Positions 19,751 through 30,396 of a stretch of 64,000 nt of DNA are shown piece after piece. Origin of the DNA: Candidatus Binatia bacterium. Lineage in GTDB: Bacteria; Desulfobacterota; Binatia; HRBIN30. Position 1 is the first letter of the stretch. Every line of letters begins with the position of its first letter. The notes beneath the pieces were generated by a model, which saw only the letters and a program-made list of their open reading frames with translations, did not search any database and had not been told where the DNA came from. The stretch lies in contig JBBRSP010000002.1 in NCBI GenBank assembly GCA_038245295.1, positions 128,001-192,000 of the forward strand. Direction: 5' to 3'. Both the position numbers and the translations under genes were made by a program.

Positions 19751-20851
19751 ATGCCACAACCATTGTCATCTGTTCGCATCGGGATGGTCGGTGCCGGAAT
19801 CATCGGCGGTACCCACTCCGCCGTCCTCCAACAAATCCAACTGGCGCTGGGTGACAAGGTCGAGCTGGTCGCCATCGCCGACCCGGACGAGAAGCACCGC
19901 CAGTTCTTCGGATCGGTGTACGGCTACCGCGAGCAATACAGGTCGGCCGAGGAGTTGCTCACCAACGCCGACGTCAACACGATCTTCGTCTGTACGCCGA
20001 CCAAGTTCCACGCCGAGCTGGTGCACGTTGCCGCGGCGCGCGGCCTGCACATCTTTGCCGAAAAGCCGCTGGCGATGGATTACGCCGAGGCCAAGGGCAT
20101 GGTGGAAGCGGTCGACCGCGCCGGTGTGACCACGCAGATCGGGCTGGTGTTGCGCTTCTCGTCGGTCTTCACGGTGATTCGCGACCTTGTCCGGTCCCCG
20201 CAAGCCGGACACCCGATGGCCGTCGTCTTCCGCGACGATCAGGTGTTCCCCATCCGCGGCGTACACGACACACCGTGGCGCAAGGACCGTACTCTGAGTG
20301 CCGGTGGCACGCTGATCGAACACGGGGTGCACGATCTCGACATTCTGACATGGCTATTCGGACCCGTGGCACGCCTGCGCGCCTGGGAGCAGAACCGCGC
20401 CGGTCATCCGGGCATCGAAGATTACGTTGCCGTCGACTTGGAGTTCGAAAACGGTTTGCACGCGCAGCTCATCAATGTGTGGCACAACATGGTGCAGCGC
20501 CACTCGAATCGGCGCATCGAAATCTTCTGCGAGAATGCCTTTGTCGCCAGCGAGGCCGACATGATGGGATCGATCACCGCGCAGTTCGGCGAAGGCAGTG
20601 AGCAGGTGATGGCTGATGACGAGATCATGCGGCGCTTTCTCGAACACCATCCGAAGGCGCCGGAAGGACTGCGCGGCATGTATGGCATTGCCTACCTGGT
20701 GCAGGACTTGAGCTTCATCGCCGCACTCCTCGAAGGCCGCACTGCCGATCCATCGATCCACGTCGGTCTCGAAGCACAGCGCCTGGCTGCCGCGACCTAT
20801 CACTCGGCCCGGACGGGGGCAGACGTCGATGTCCGCACCTTCCAGGCCTGA
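19751..20851 (+). CDS. Gfo/Idh/MocA family oxidoreductase
   Basis: GMVGAGIIG, EKPLA, GGTLIEHGVHDLD. Confidence 0.9.
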   Translation: MPQPLSSVRIGMVGAGIIGGTHSAVLQQIQLALGDKVELVAIADPDEKHRQFFGSVYGYREQYRSAEELLTNADVNTIFVCTPTKFHAELVHVAAARGLHIFAEKPLAMDYAEAKGMVEAVDRAGVTTQIGLVLRFSSVFTVIRDLVRSPQAGHPMAVVFRDDQVFPIRGVHDTPWRKDRTLSAGGTLIEHGVHDLDILTWLFGPVARLRAWEQNRAGHPGIEDYVAVDLEFENGLHAQLINVWHNMVQRHSNRRIEIFCENAFVASEADMMGSITAQFGEGSEQVMADDEIMRRFLEHHPKAPEGLRGMYGIAYLVQDLSFIAALLEGRTADPSIHVGLEAQRLAAATYHSARTGADVDVRTFQA

Positions 20852-20895
20852 GCCAGGCCCGCCAGCCAGAATGTTCAGACAAGTCTCGACGCAAG

Positions 20896-20957
20896 CCAAT
20901 CTCCCTTCTCCCACTCCGAGCGGACTCGCCATCGGTGGGAGAGGGTTAGGGTGAGGG
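20896..20957. repeat. REP-like element (CCCTCTCCC...GGGAGAGGGTTAGGGTGAGG family)
   Basis: Hairpin arms tctcccac/gtgggaga; shares its leader and tail with the element at 24304. Confidence 0.75.
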
Positions 20958-20990
20958 CCCGAAGTCTTCCCAAAAGGAGCCAACAAGAAC

Positions 20991-22199
20991 ATGGACGCTA
21001 AAAAAGACACGCCGGAACAAGCTGAGTTCCGCGACCACGCGCGCCGCTGGCTGCGCGAAAACAAGCCGGCGCCGCTCTCGACACGCTTGCCGGAGTATCC
21101 GATCGAAGTCGTGTCGGACGAACACCGCCGTTACCTCTGCGACTGGCAGAAGAAATGTTACCAGGCCGGTCTGGTCGCCTGCGACTATCCGAAGGAGTTC
21201 GGCGGTGGCGGTCACTCCGGTTTCCAGCGTATTGCGTCGCAGGAAATGGGCGCCGCCGGCACGCCCTACCTGATCAATGTCATCGGCCTCAACATGGCGG
21301 CGCCGACGATCCTGCATCACGGCAGCGACGAGCTGAAGCGCAAGTTCCTGCCGCCGTTGTTCGCTGCCGATGAGATCTGGTGTCAGGGTTTCTCCGAGCC
21401 CAACGCCGGCAGCGATTTGGCCGGCGCACAGACCTCGGCCGTGCGCAGCGGCGACAACTGGATCCTCAACGGCCACAAGGTGTGGACCAGTCTGGCCACC
21501 TTCGCCAGTTGGATGATCATCCTGTGCCGCACCAGCAACGACGACAAATACAAAGGCCTGACATACTACGTCACCCCCATCGCCAACACCAAAGGTGTCA
21601 CGGTGCGCCCGCTGATCAAGATCACCGGCCAGGCCGGATTCAATGAAGTATTGTTCGAAGACGTGGTGATCCCCGACGCCTATCGCCTCGACGAGGTCGG
21701 CAACGGCTGGCAAGTCGCGATGACCACCCTGTTGCACGAACGCGGCGCCGCCGAAGGCGCCGGTGGTGGTGGCGGCGACACGCTCGAAGAACGCACCGCC
21801 GGACTGGTTCGTCTCGCCAAGCGGATGAAGCGCAATGGCAAGACGGCTTGGGACGATGCGGCGATTCGCGATCGCATTATGCAGATCATCGTACGTGCCG
21901 AAGGCATGCGTCAGTTGTATCGCCGGGCTCGCGTCGGCGGGCTCATCGAACATCCGATGCGCATCCCGTTGCAGGGCAAGCTGCTGATCAGCGAGCTCTT
22001 GCAGGATGCCTCGGCGCTCGGAATGGAGATCGCGGGTGCGCACGCGTCGCTGTACCTCGGCGATGCGAATGCTCCCGACGGCGCCGAATGGCCGCTGTCG
22101 TACTTGAACTCCTACGGTATCACCATCGCCGCCGGCACGAGCGAAGTGCAGCGCAACATTCTCGGCGAGCGGGTACTCGGATTGGCCAAGTCGAAGTAG
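20991..22199 (+). CDS. Acyl-CoA dehydrogenase (heteromeric FadE type, larger subunit)
   Basis: WCQGFSEPNAGSDLA, NGHKVWTS, FNEVLFEDV, TIAAGTSEVQRNILGERVLGL. Confidence 0.92.
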   Translation: MDAKKDTPEQAEFRDHARRWLRENKPAPLSTRLPEYPIEVVSDEHRRYLCDWQKKCYQAGLVACDYPKEFGGGGHSGFQRIASQEMGAAGTPYLINVIGLNMAAPTILHHGSDELKRKFLPPLFAADEIWCQGFSEPNAGSDLAGAQTSAVRSGDNWILNGHKVWTSLATFASWMIILCRTSNDDKYKGLTYYVTPIANTKGVTVRPLIKITGQAGFNEVLFEDVVIPDAYRLDEVGNGWQVAMTTLLHERGAAEGAGGGGGDTLEERTAGLVRLAKRMKRNGKTAWDDAAIRDRIMQIIVRAEGMRQLYRRARVGGLIEHPMRIPLQGKLLISELLQDASALGMEIAGAHASLYLGDANAPDGAEWPLSYLNSYGITIAAGTSEVQRNILGERVLGLAKSK

Positions 22200-22203
22200 A
22201 AAA

Positions 22204-22282
22204 CTTGCCCTTGCCGTTGCCCTTGCCCGTGCCCTGGTTCCAGCCGGGTCGGACAAGGGCACGGGCAAGGGCACGGGCAAGG
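22204..22282. repeat. 6-bp-period inverted repeat (TTGCCC / GGGCAC) between the two ACAD genes
   Basis: Perfect 15-bp arms 22221-22235 and 22256-22270 with extra flanking units. Confidence 0.85.
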
Positions 22283-22291
22283 AAGAACAAA

Positions 22292-23455
22292 ATGGCACAA
22301 CCAAAAGATTTCGGATTCGGTGAAGACGAACAGATGCTGCGCGATTCGGCGCGCAAGTTCCTGGCGGACAACGCGGGCATCGAGACCCTGCGCCGCAGCG
22401 TCGCGCATGATCATCACGAGGCATACGAGAGCCCGGTACCGCCGGCGACCTATGACGCCGACTTGTGGGCGAAGATGGTCGAGCTCGGCTGGACGACACT
22501 GGCGGTGCCCGAAAGCAGTGGCGGCTCCGGGATGAAGATGGTTGCCGTCGCCGCGTTGGCGGAAGAGGCGGGGCGCGCCGCGCTCGTGTCGCCGTTGATC
22601 ACGACGCTGCTGGCCACCTGCACGCTACGCGAGGCAGCGTCCGACGGCGCACGCGCCGCGTTGACGCGTATCGTCGGCGGTGAAGCATCGGCGTTGGCGA
22701 TCACGAATGCCGATGGTGTTTGGGATAGCGCCGATAGCGGCGTAACCGCGAAGGTGACCAAGAAGGGTGCGACCCTGAACGGCACCGTGCATTTCGTTCA
22801 AGACGCGCGCAAAGTCGCCTTCTTCGTTGTCGCCGCCAAGAGCGGCAAGAAGGTCGGCCTCTACGTCGTCAACGCCGACACACCGGGCGTGACGATTCAT
22901 CCCGATCGCATCGTCGACCTGACGCGCGACCAGGCGCACATCACCTTCGAGAACGTGACGATCCCGGCAACTCAGATCGTCGCGCCGGCAGGCGAAGGCG
23001 AAGCGGTGCTGACCAAGGCGATGCCGGCGTGGCTGACCATTGTGGCCGCCGACATGTGTGGCGCCGGTGAGTGGCAATTGCAGACGACAACGGCCTACGC
23101 CCAGATGCGTAAACAGTTCGATCATCCGATCGGCTTCTTCCAGGCAGTGAAACATCCACTCGTCAACATGATGGTGAAGATCGATGAGGCGCGTTCGCTG
23201 GTCTATGCCGCGGCCTGCGCCATCGATGTCGAGCCGAAGAGCGCCGAGCGTTATGCGCGATTGGCCAAGTCGAGTGCTTCCGACATGGCGGCGTTCTGCT
23301 CCGGACGTTCGGTGCAATTGCACGGTGGCATCGGCTTCACCTGGGAGTGCGACGTGCACATCTACTTCAAGCGCCAGAAGCACAATCAGATGTTGTTCGG
23401 CGACGGGTTGTTCCAGCGCTCTAAACTCGCCGACATGTTCGACAGCGCCGCCTAG
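22292..23455 (+). CDS. Acyl-CoA dehydrogenase (partner subunit)
   Basis: RKQFDHPIGFFQAVKH, VQLHGGIGFTWE. Confidence 0.92.
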   Translation: MAQPKDFGFGEDEQMLRDSARKFLADNAGIETLRRSVAHDHHEAYESPVPPATYDADLWAKMVELGWTTLAVPESSGGSGMKMVAVAALAEEAGRAALVSPLITTLLATCTLREAASDGARAALTRIVGGEASALAITNADGVWDSADSGVTAKVTKKGATLNGTVHFVQDARKVAFFVVAAKSGKKVGLYVVNADTPGVTIHPDRIVDLTRDQAHITFENVTIPATQIVAPAGEGEAVLTKAMPAWLTIVAADMCGAGEWQLQTTTAYAQMRKQFDHPIGFFQAVKHPLVNMMVKIDEARSLVYAAACAIDVEPKSAERYARLAKSSASDMAAFCSGRSVQLHGGIGFTWECDVHIYFKRQKHNQMLFGDGLFQRSKLADMFDSAA

Positions 23456-23472
23456 ACGCGGAGGTTTTTGGC

Positions 23473-24267
23473 ATGGCCAAGCCGCTCTTAGAGTACCGTG
23501 ATCGGGTGGCGCTGATCACCGGCGCGTCCAGCGGGATGGGTCGCCTGCTGGCTCTGCGTATGGCGCAAAAGGGCGCCGACATTGCCCTGGTCGCGCGGCG
23601 TCGTTCGGAGCTCGACGAGGTGGCGAAGGAGATCCGCGCCCTTGGCCGGCGCGCGCTGGTGCTTCCGGGCGATGTCGCCGAGCGCGCCGAGGTTTTCGCC
23701 GGGGCATCCGCGGTGCTCGACGAGTTCGGACACGTCGACATCCTGGTGAACAACGCCGGCTACGGGCATCATCGCACCTTCCTCGAGTGGGACCTCGACG
23801 ACATGGAGCGCATGATGCGCGTCAACTTCTTCGGCACGCTCTACTGGACGAAGGCACTGCTGCCGCAGATGGTCGAGGCGCGCAGCGGTTGGATCGTCGT
23901 CATGGCGTCGGTTGCCGGCAAACTTGGCGTGCCCGAAGAGAGTGCCTATGCGGCGTCGAAGTTCGCCCAGGTCGGATTGGCGGAAGCACTGTCGTACGAA
24001 GTCGAAGACCTCGGCGTACACGTCATGACCGTCTGCCCGGGCGCCATCAACACGCCCTTCTTCGATGAAGAAGCCCTGCGCCGCATGCCCAAGGTGGCCA
24101 AACGCCTGATGATCGAGCCCGAGGTAGTCGTCGACGCGGTGATCAATGGATTGGCCAAGTCAAAACGCGAAATCACCGTGCCGCGCCTGATCAAGAGCGG
24201 CTACATCGTCCGCACCCTGGCGCCGGGCCTCATGCACCGCAACACCAAACGCACGACGATGCGCTGA
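23473..24267 (+). CDS. Short-chain dehydrogenase/reductase
   Basis: TGASSGMG, NNAG, YAASK. Confidence 0.93.
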   Translation: MAKPLLEYRDRVALITGASSGMGRLLALRMAQKGADIALVARRRSELDEVAKEIRALGRRALVLPGDVAERAEVFAGASAVLDEFGHVDILVNNAGYGHHRTFLEWDLDDMERMMRVNFFGTLYWTKALLPQMVEARSGWIVVMASVAGKLGVPEESAYAASKFAQVGLAEALSYEVEDLGVHVMTVCPGAINTPFFDEEALRRMPKVAKRLMIEPEVVVDAVINGLAKSKREITVPRLIKSGYIVRTLAPGLMHRNTKRTTMR

Positions 24268-24303
24268 GGGACGTGAGCCTTGCTCCTTCGCCAACAATGG
24301 AAA

Positions 24304-24446
24304 CCAATCTCCCCTCTCCCGCTGCAAGTGAAACCAAGACCCGCGGGAGAGGGTTAGAGTGAGGGTGCACCTGGTGGAACCCTCGGCGGGCCCTCACCCC
24401 GACCCTCTCCCACCATTCTGCGTTACACCCGATGTGGGAGAGGGAG
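24304..24446. repeat. Paired REP-like elements (same family as 20896)
   Basis: gggagagggttagagtgaggg ... ccctcaccccgaccctctccc ... gggagaggg. Confidence 0.8.
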
Positions 24447-24492
24447 CACCCGCGAAGGCCCCACCCCCGACCGAAAACGCCCGACCTGTCTG

Positions 24493-24966
24493 ATGGGCCT
24501 CCTAGTCATCATCGGTATCCTCGTCGCTGCCGTCGGCGGCATCTTCGGCTTTGCCATCGCCCTGAGCCTCGGCGCCGCGCCGGGTGGTTCGACGTTGCAG
24601 AGCGCCGTGGTGCTGGAGGCGCTCTACTTGTCCCCGGCCATCTGTGTGCTCAGCGGCCTGAACGCCCTGAGTCGGATCCGCAACGGCGACGGCTGGAAAG
24701 CACCGCTCGCCGCGCACTTCGTCTGGTCGGTCCTGGTCGCCCCGGTTGCGGCGTTGCCGCTGTTCCTGGCCGCCAGTCTGCTTGGCAGACTCGTCGGTAT
24801 CGCCACCTTCGAGGGCGACGCCGGTATGGTGATGGTGGTAATCCCGGGAGTCATGCTCGCGCTGTCTCTGGCGCTCTTCGCCGTATCGATTGTCATCGCC
24901 ATCCGCACAGAGAACGCCGCGAGCAGCGCACCCAAATCTCAGCCCCCATTTCAAGACCTCGACTGA
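24493..24966 (+). CDS. Hypothetical membrane protein (about 4 TM segments)
   Basis: Hydrophobic 157-aa ORF; no recognisable motif. Confidence 0.5.
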   Translation: MGLLVIIGILVAAVGGIFGFAIALSLGAAPGGSTLQSAVVLEALYLSPAICVLSGLNALSRIRNGDGWKAPLAAHFVWSVLVAPVAALPLFLAASLLGRLVGIATFEGDAGMVMVVIPGVMLALSLALFAVSIVIAIRTENAASSAPKSQPPFQDLD

Positions 24967-25475
24967 CAACACAGCGTTTGCCATCCCCCGCCTCGGTGCC
25001 GTCGGGTTCTCAAGAATTTTTGGGCGCTCACCGTAGTTGTGACGCACCAGGAAGCCCCAGGACGAACGATCGAGGCCCGGGATGACTCTACCTAGGCACG
25101 CAAACTCAACGTTTTTCGGCGATTTGTCGCTCCGACCATTGAAATTACTAGGGAATCTTGTCGCGCCGGTTGCTTTCGCCCGCGACCCCGACACCCCATG
25201 GGCGCTCCTTGCGCCTCCGTCCGATAGTCTCGGCAGGCATCGGCATTTCGCCGCTGTCCAGGCCGGCGAAGGGAATCGTCCGTTGGGTCGACCAGTCAAC
25301 CGAATACATCCAGCGTTCCGCACCAGAGCGAGTCCTGGAAGCGGATCCGCTCGAACTCCCCCGAACCGTCGTACTGACTAAGGCCGGCGATCCTCGAGCG
25401 CTCGCCACGCAGATTGTCCGGTTGCAACGCGGCGGCGCTACGCATAGCTTCGCCGCATAACGACGAGGAGAAGCC

Positions 25476-26280
25476 GTGGCCGTACTCTACGATTGCGTCA
25501 TTCGCGGCGGCACCATCGCTGACGGAACCGGCAGCGCCTTGCGCCAGGCCGACGTTGCGATCCAAGACGGATTGATCGCCGCAGTCGGCGCGGTGCAAGG
25601 CCGAGGCGCCGAAGAGATCGACGCTCGTGGTCTGTTGGTTACACCAGGCTTCGTCGACATCCACACGTACTACGACGGACAGGCCACCTGGGACACACGT
25701 CTGACGCCTTCATCCTGGTACGGCGTGACGACCGCCGTGATGGGCAACTGCGGCGTTGGCTTCGCTCCAGGCGGACGGCCGCGGCATGCTCTACTTCCCA
25801 TTTCTCAACTACGCCGAAAGCTCGCTCGATCCTTCTCTGGTGATGATGCACAGCCCGAACACCGTGCTCGGCCTCGGTGACGGCGGCGCCCACCTCGGTA
25901 CAATCTGCGACGCCAGCCTCACCACGCATATGCTCACGCACTGGAGCCGTGACCGGCGTCGCGGCGACAAGGTTCCGGTCGAAACCGTCGTAAAGTGGCA
26001 CACACAGGACACCGCCGCCGCCGTGGGCCTACTTGATCGCGGTGTGCTGCGGCCCGGCTACAAGGCCGACATCAACATCATCGACTACGACAATCTGCGG
26101 CTGCGCCCGCCCCACATCGTACGCGATTTGCCCGGTGGCGGTCGCCGCCTCGTGCAGGAGGCTGACGGGTATCGTTTTGCGATTGTTTCCGGCCAGATCA
26201 CCTATCGTGATGCGGCGCCGACCAAGGCGTTGCCAGGCCGCCTGGTGAGCGGCGCGCAATCCGCACCGGCGAGCCGTTGA
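25476..26280 (+). pseudogene. N-acyl-D-amino-acid deacylase family amidohydrolase with large internal deletion and frame change at ~25770
   Basis: N-terminus (PGFVDIHTYYD...GNCGVGFAP) joined out of frame to the C-terminus (GDGGAH...TICDAS...ADINIID...DLPGGGRRL); the central part is missing. Confidence 0.85.
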
Positions 26281-26293
26281 GAGAGGAGAAACC

Positions 26294-27319
26294 ATGACAC
26301 AGACGCCGCGAGTTCTGGAACCACAGTGTGAGTGGACCTCGTCGCAAGTTGCCGACGAGTCGCTATGGACGGAGCACTTCACCATGCCCGAGCTCGACGA
26401 GCTCGATCGAGCCCTACGACACGCACTGGCAAAGTCGGACGATGTCCCGAAGATCGGCCGCGCCGACTTCCCGCTGCCTGAGCTGAGCGCGCGCCTGCTC
26501 GACATCGAGCGCCAGCTCATCGAAGGTCGCGGCTTCGTGCGCCTGCGTGGAATCAATCGCGCCCGCTACTCGCAGGCCGAAATGGAGATGCTCTACTGGG
26601 GTATCGGCATGCACCTCGGCGCGCCGTGGGCCCAGAACCATTATGGTCATGTCCTGGGTGACGTCACCGACCAGGGCAAAGCGATGAACGATCCGACAGC
26701 ACGCGGCAACGAGCTCGGCGGGATACCGCTGCCGTTCCACTGTGACGGCTCCGACCTCGTCGGCCTGATGTGCCTAACCAACGGTGTGCGCGGCGGTCTC
26801 TCGGCCGTGGCCAATTCAGTCACCATTCACAACCAACTAGTGCGCGAAAGCTCCGAGCTGGCGGCCGAACTCTACCAGCCGCAACCCTACGATTTCAGGG
26901 GCGAGCAGGCGACGGGCGGCAAACCCTTCTACCTGCTGCCGGTCTTCACCGAGTGGCATGGCCGCCTCTTCGTACGTTGCATTCCGCCCTACATCTACGC
27001 CTCGCAGCGCCATGCACATTCGCCGCGCCTCACCGACCTCGCGCAGCAGGGACTGGCGCGTCTCGTCGACATGGCCAACGATCCGGCCAACCACGTGACC
27101 ATGGAGCTGCGCCCGGGCGACATTCAGTTCATCAACAACTACCACGTCATGCACGGACGTACCTCCTACGAGGACAACCGCGCCGCCGGCCAGATCCGGC
27201 ATCTCAAGCGCTTGTGGCTCGAGACTGACGTGCTCAAAGATCGGCCGCCATACTCTGCCAATAATGTCAGCTCGCATTGGACGGCGCGCCGCAGCGCCAG
27301 CCGCATGCAGGTGCAGTAG
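26294..27319 (+). CDS. TauD/TfdA family Fe(II)/2-oxoglutarate dioxygenase
   Basis: FHCD (HxD), PGDIQFINN...HGR, RHLKRLWL. Confidence 0.88.
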   Translation: MTQTPRVLEPQCEWTSSQVADESLWTEHFTMPELDELDRALRHALAKSDDVPKIGRADFPLPELSARLLDIERQLIEGRGFVRLRGINRARYSQAEMEMLYWGIGMHLGAPWAQNHYGHVLGDVTDQGKAMNDPTARGNELGGIPLPFHCDGSDLVGLMCLTNGVRGGLSAVANSVTIHNQLVRESSELAAELYQPQPYDFRGEQATGGKPFYLLPVFTEWHGRLFVRCIPPYIYASQRHAHSPRLTDLAQQGLARLVDMANDPANHVTMELRPGDIQFINNYHVMHGRTSYEDNRAAGQIRHLKRLWLETDVLKDRPPYSANNVSSHWTARRSASRMQVQ

Positions 27320-27320
27320 C

Positions 27321-27478
27321 CATTGGGTCATTTGTCATTGGGGCATCTCAGGTCGTGGGTGCTCCGCAAGGGTGGCTCGGCTCGCCAACCAACGCATCTG
27401 GCGCGGCGGACGAGTCAAACCACCCACGGAACCAATCAACTGGCCAAATCGCCAAATGGCCAAATGGCCAAATGAACC
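27321..27478. repeat. 8-bp-period imperfect inverted repeat (CATTGG / CCAAATGG) between convergent genes
   Basis: cattgggtcatttgtcattgg ... ccaaatcgccaaatggccaaatggccaaatg. Confidence 0.65.
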
Positions 27479-28902
27479 TACTCCGCTCCCATCACAGCTT
27501 TGACTTCGAGAAACTCTTCAAAGCCAACCTCGCCCCATTCGCGGCCGTTACCGGATTGTTTGTAACCGCCGAAGGGTGCGGCAAAGTCGGCGCCGGCGCC
27601 GTTCAGGTGCACGTTGCCGGTACGCAGGCGTGACGCCACTTTCAACGCGTGTTCGGTGTTACCCGACGACACATAACCCGACAGGCCGTAGACGGTATCG
27701 TTGGCGATCTTGATCGCCTCTTCTTCGTTCTCGTACGGCAGGATCGACAGCACGGGTCCAAAGATCTCTTCGCGCGCGATGGTCATGTCGTTGCGCACGT
27801 TGGCGAAGACGGTCGGGCGGATGAAGTAGCCGCGCGTCATGCCTTCCGGACGTCCCAAGCCACCCGCCACCAGCTCGGCGCCTTCCTTGATGCCGGCCTC
27901 GATGAGGCGCTGGATCTTGTCGTACTGCGTCTTGCTGACCACCGGTCCGATCGCCATGCCTTCGGCCTTTGGATCGGCAACCTGCGTTGCTTCGGCCGCG
28001 GCCTTGGCGATCTTCACGGCTTCCGCATGTTTGGCCTTCGGCACGAGCATGCGCGTCGGCGCGTTGCACGACTGACCGCTGTTGGTGAAGCAGTTGCGCA
28101 CGCCACCTTCGACGGCACGCTTGAGATCGGCGTCGTCGAGGATGATGTTCGCCGACTTGCCCCCGAGCTCCTGAGCGACGCGCTTGACCGAATCAGCGGC
28201 TGCTTTCGCAACCTGCACGCCGGCGCGTGTCGAACCGGTGAACGACATCATGTCGATGCCCGGGTGCGCCGACATGGCCGCGCCGACGGTCGGACCGTCG
28301 CCATTGACCAGGTTGAACACACCAGCCGGCACACCGGCTTCGTGCATGATTTCGGCGAACAGAATGGCATTGAGCGGGGCGATCTCGGTGGGCTTCAGCA
28401 CCATGGTGCAGCCGGCGGCGAGAGCCGGGGCGACTTTGCAGGCGATCTGGTTGATCGGCCAGTTCCACGGCGTGATCAGGCCGCAGACACCGATCGGCTC
28501 GCGCACCAACAGCGTCGAGCCCTTCTTTTCAGAGAACTCGTAGGTCTTCAAAACTTCGAGCGTCTGCATGAAGTGCGCGAGGCCAGCCGGGGCCTGGGCG
28601 GCATTGGCCAACCACAGCGGGGCCCCCATCTCGGAGGAAATCGTCTCGGCGATCTCTCCCAGACGTCCCATGTAGACAGCGATGATGCGCTCCAACAACG
28701 CAACCCGCTCTTCGCGCGTCGTGTGGCTGAAGGTCTCGAACGCAGCGCGCGCCGCGGCGACGGCTTTGTCGACGTCGGCAGCGCTTCCCATACTGATACG
28801 GCCGATCGGTTCCTCGGTGGCCGGGTTGATGACGTCGAGGGTCTTCGGCACGACGGGGTCGACCCACGCACCATTGATGTAGAACTTCAGGGCTTCTTTC
28901 AT
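27478..28902 (-). CDS. Aldehyde dehydrogenase
   Basis: ITPWNWP, FTGST, ELGGKS, GQSCNAP, EEIFGPV, PFGGYKQSG. Confidence 0.95.
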   Translation of the reverse strand: MKEALKFYINGAWVDPVVPKTLDVINPATEEPIGRISMGSAADVDKAVAAARAAFETFSHTTREERVALLERIIAVYMGRLGEIAETISSEMGAPLWLANAAQAPAGLAHFMQTLEVLKTYEFSEKKGSTLLVREPIGVCGLITPWNWPINQIACKVAPALAAGCTMVLKPTEIAPLNAILFAEIMHEAGVPAGVFNLVNGDGPTVGAAMSAHPGIDMMSFTGSTRAGVQVAKAAADSVKRVAQELGGKSANIILDDADLKRAVEGGVRNCFTNSGQSCNAPTRMLVPKAKHAEAVKIAKAAAEATQVADPKAEGMAIGPVVSKTQYDKIQRLIEAGIKEGAELVAGGLGRPEGMTRGYFIRPTVFANVRNDMTIAREEIFGPVLSILPYENEEEAIKIANDTVYGLSGYVSSGNTEHALKVASRLRTGNVHLNGAGADFAAPFGGYKQSGNGREWGEVGFEEFLEVKAVMGAE

Positions 28903-29003
28903 GGGCAGCTCCTTTTCCGCGTTCGCACGACGGATTTGTGTTGTGTACCCCGTAGATGACCGGATCGCGGCGTTGGGTCAATACGGTGACTGCCTGGGGC
29001 TCG

Positions 29004-29172
29004 AACAGGATGTACAGGATGAACAGGATAGACACGTCGTGAATCGCACCTCGTCACACCTGGCGTGAAGTCTCGCCTCAGGAAGACGCGAGAGCAATGT
29101 TCCTTGAGGCACACGATGGGGCAACGAGCCCGCACCGGGCGCGATTATCCTGTTTATCCTGTCCATCCTGTT
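29004..29172. repeat. 9-bp-period inverted repeat element (ACAGGAT x3 ... ATCCTGT x3)
   Basis: Arms 29004-29030 and 29146-29172 are 25/27 reverse-complementary. Confidence 0.85.
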
Positions 29173-29242
29173 AGAACCCCGCGGTGAATCCCGAGCCCAA
29201 ATCGCCCTTTGCCCACGCCGCGCCACGCGATAGGGTGTCGCA

Positions 29243-30382
29243 GTGGCGGATGGGATGATGGAGCGGAAAGCGGCGGGGCCGGACGATGCACTCGATGCAC
29301 CAATTGTCTTGCGCACGGAAGTGAAGCGGCGCGCTACCAAACCGGGCAAGCCGCGCTCGCGCAGCAAGAAGAAAAAACCGAAGGTTTCGCGGCTGAGTTG
29401 GGTGGCCCTGGGCCTGGAGAGCATCGCCCTCCTCAGCGCCGCGCTGATCCTCGTCATCGCCTTGCTCGGGAATGCCGCCAGCCGCTTCTCCGGCATCGAC
29501 TTGTGGAAGAGTCTGCTGCCGTTCGCCGCCAGCGTGTTGGCGATCCTGGTAGGTGGGCTGGCCGTGGCGTCTGTGTGGCTGTGGCTGCGCCGCAAACTGG
29601 CCACATTGTGGTTCGGCATCCCGGCAGCCGTCGCCCTGGTGATGGTAAGCGGAGCGATCTGGTTAACCTGGCAACCGCGCTTTCAAGAAGAGGTACTGCA
29701 CTTGCAGACGTTCGTAGGCGGTCACGCCGAAGCGGAGCGCCAGGCGATCGCGCATCAAGTCTACGCCGCCTATCGGCGCGCCAACCGCAAGGATCTGCAG
29801 ATCATGCTGGACAGGGCGCACGCCTTCGAGCCGGTGATCCTCGAAGCCGGTATAGCCTTTGGCCTCGACGCCGAAGTTCTCGTCGGCATCGGTGCCGCCG
29901 AATCGTCGTTCCTGCCGCGCGACAGCAAAGACGGCGGACGCGGTTTGTTCCAGATTACACTGGCCCCGGCGGCGGCCGAGTCCGATGTGCGAGCGCGCCT
30001 CAAGGTCGACAAGCTCGACCCGGTCAACCCGCGCCACAATGCCTTCATCGCCGCCGCGACGTTGCGTCACTACCTCGACGAGATGAACGGCGACCTCTTC
30101 CTGGCCCTGCTGGCCTACAACATCGGCCCGCGTAACGGCGGTATGGCGTCGATCATGAAACAGTATGGCGCACGCGACTTCGTCACCATCCAACCCTACC
30201 TGCAGAACCTGCCGCGCGACTATCCGATCCGTGTCTTGTCGTCGGCCCTGGCGTATCGCCTGGCACGGCGGGAGGGAACTCTCGTCGCCTACGAGGACGG
30301 CACCAACGCAGCGCACATTCAGGAGATTGGTATTCCCGGGCTTGACCCCGACCGGAGCGCGGCGCTCCGCGCCGCCCCGTGA
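29243..30382 (+). CDS. Membrane-anchored lytic transglycosylase (SLT domain)
   Basis: TM helices then AAESSF (catalytic Glu), GLFQI, LAYNIG; start may be ATG 29255. Confidence 0.82.
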   Translation: MADGMMERKAAGPDDALDAPIVLRTEVKRRATKPGKPRSRSKKKKPKVSRLSWVALGLESIALLSAALILVIALLGNAASRFSGIDLWKSLLPFAASVLAILVGGLAVASVWLWLRRKLATLWFGIPAAVALVMVSGAIWLTWQPRFQEEVLHLQTFVGGHAEAERQAIAHQVYAAYRRANRKDLQIMLDRAHAFEPVILEAGIAFGLDAEVLVGIGAAESSFLPRDSKDGGRGLFQITLAPAAAESDVRARLKVDKLDPVNPRHNAFIAAATLRHYLDEMNGDLFLALLAYNIGPRNGGMASIMKQYGARDFVTIQPYLQNLPRDYPIRVLSSALAYRLARREGTLVAYEDGTNAAHIQEIGIPGLDPDRSAALRAAP

Positions 30383-30396
30383 CACTCCATCGGCGC

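Noticed and set aside
25158..25460. 100-aa ORF with faint resemblance to an acyl-CoA synthetase C-terminus (ELPRT)
   Set aside because: Similarity too weak to call; may be a decayed gene end upstream of the pseudogene
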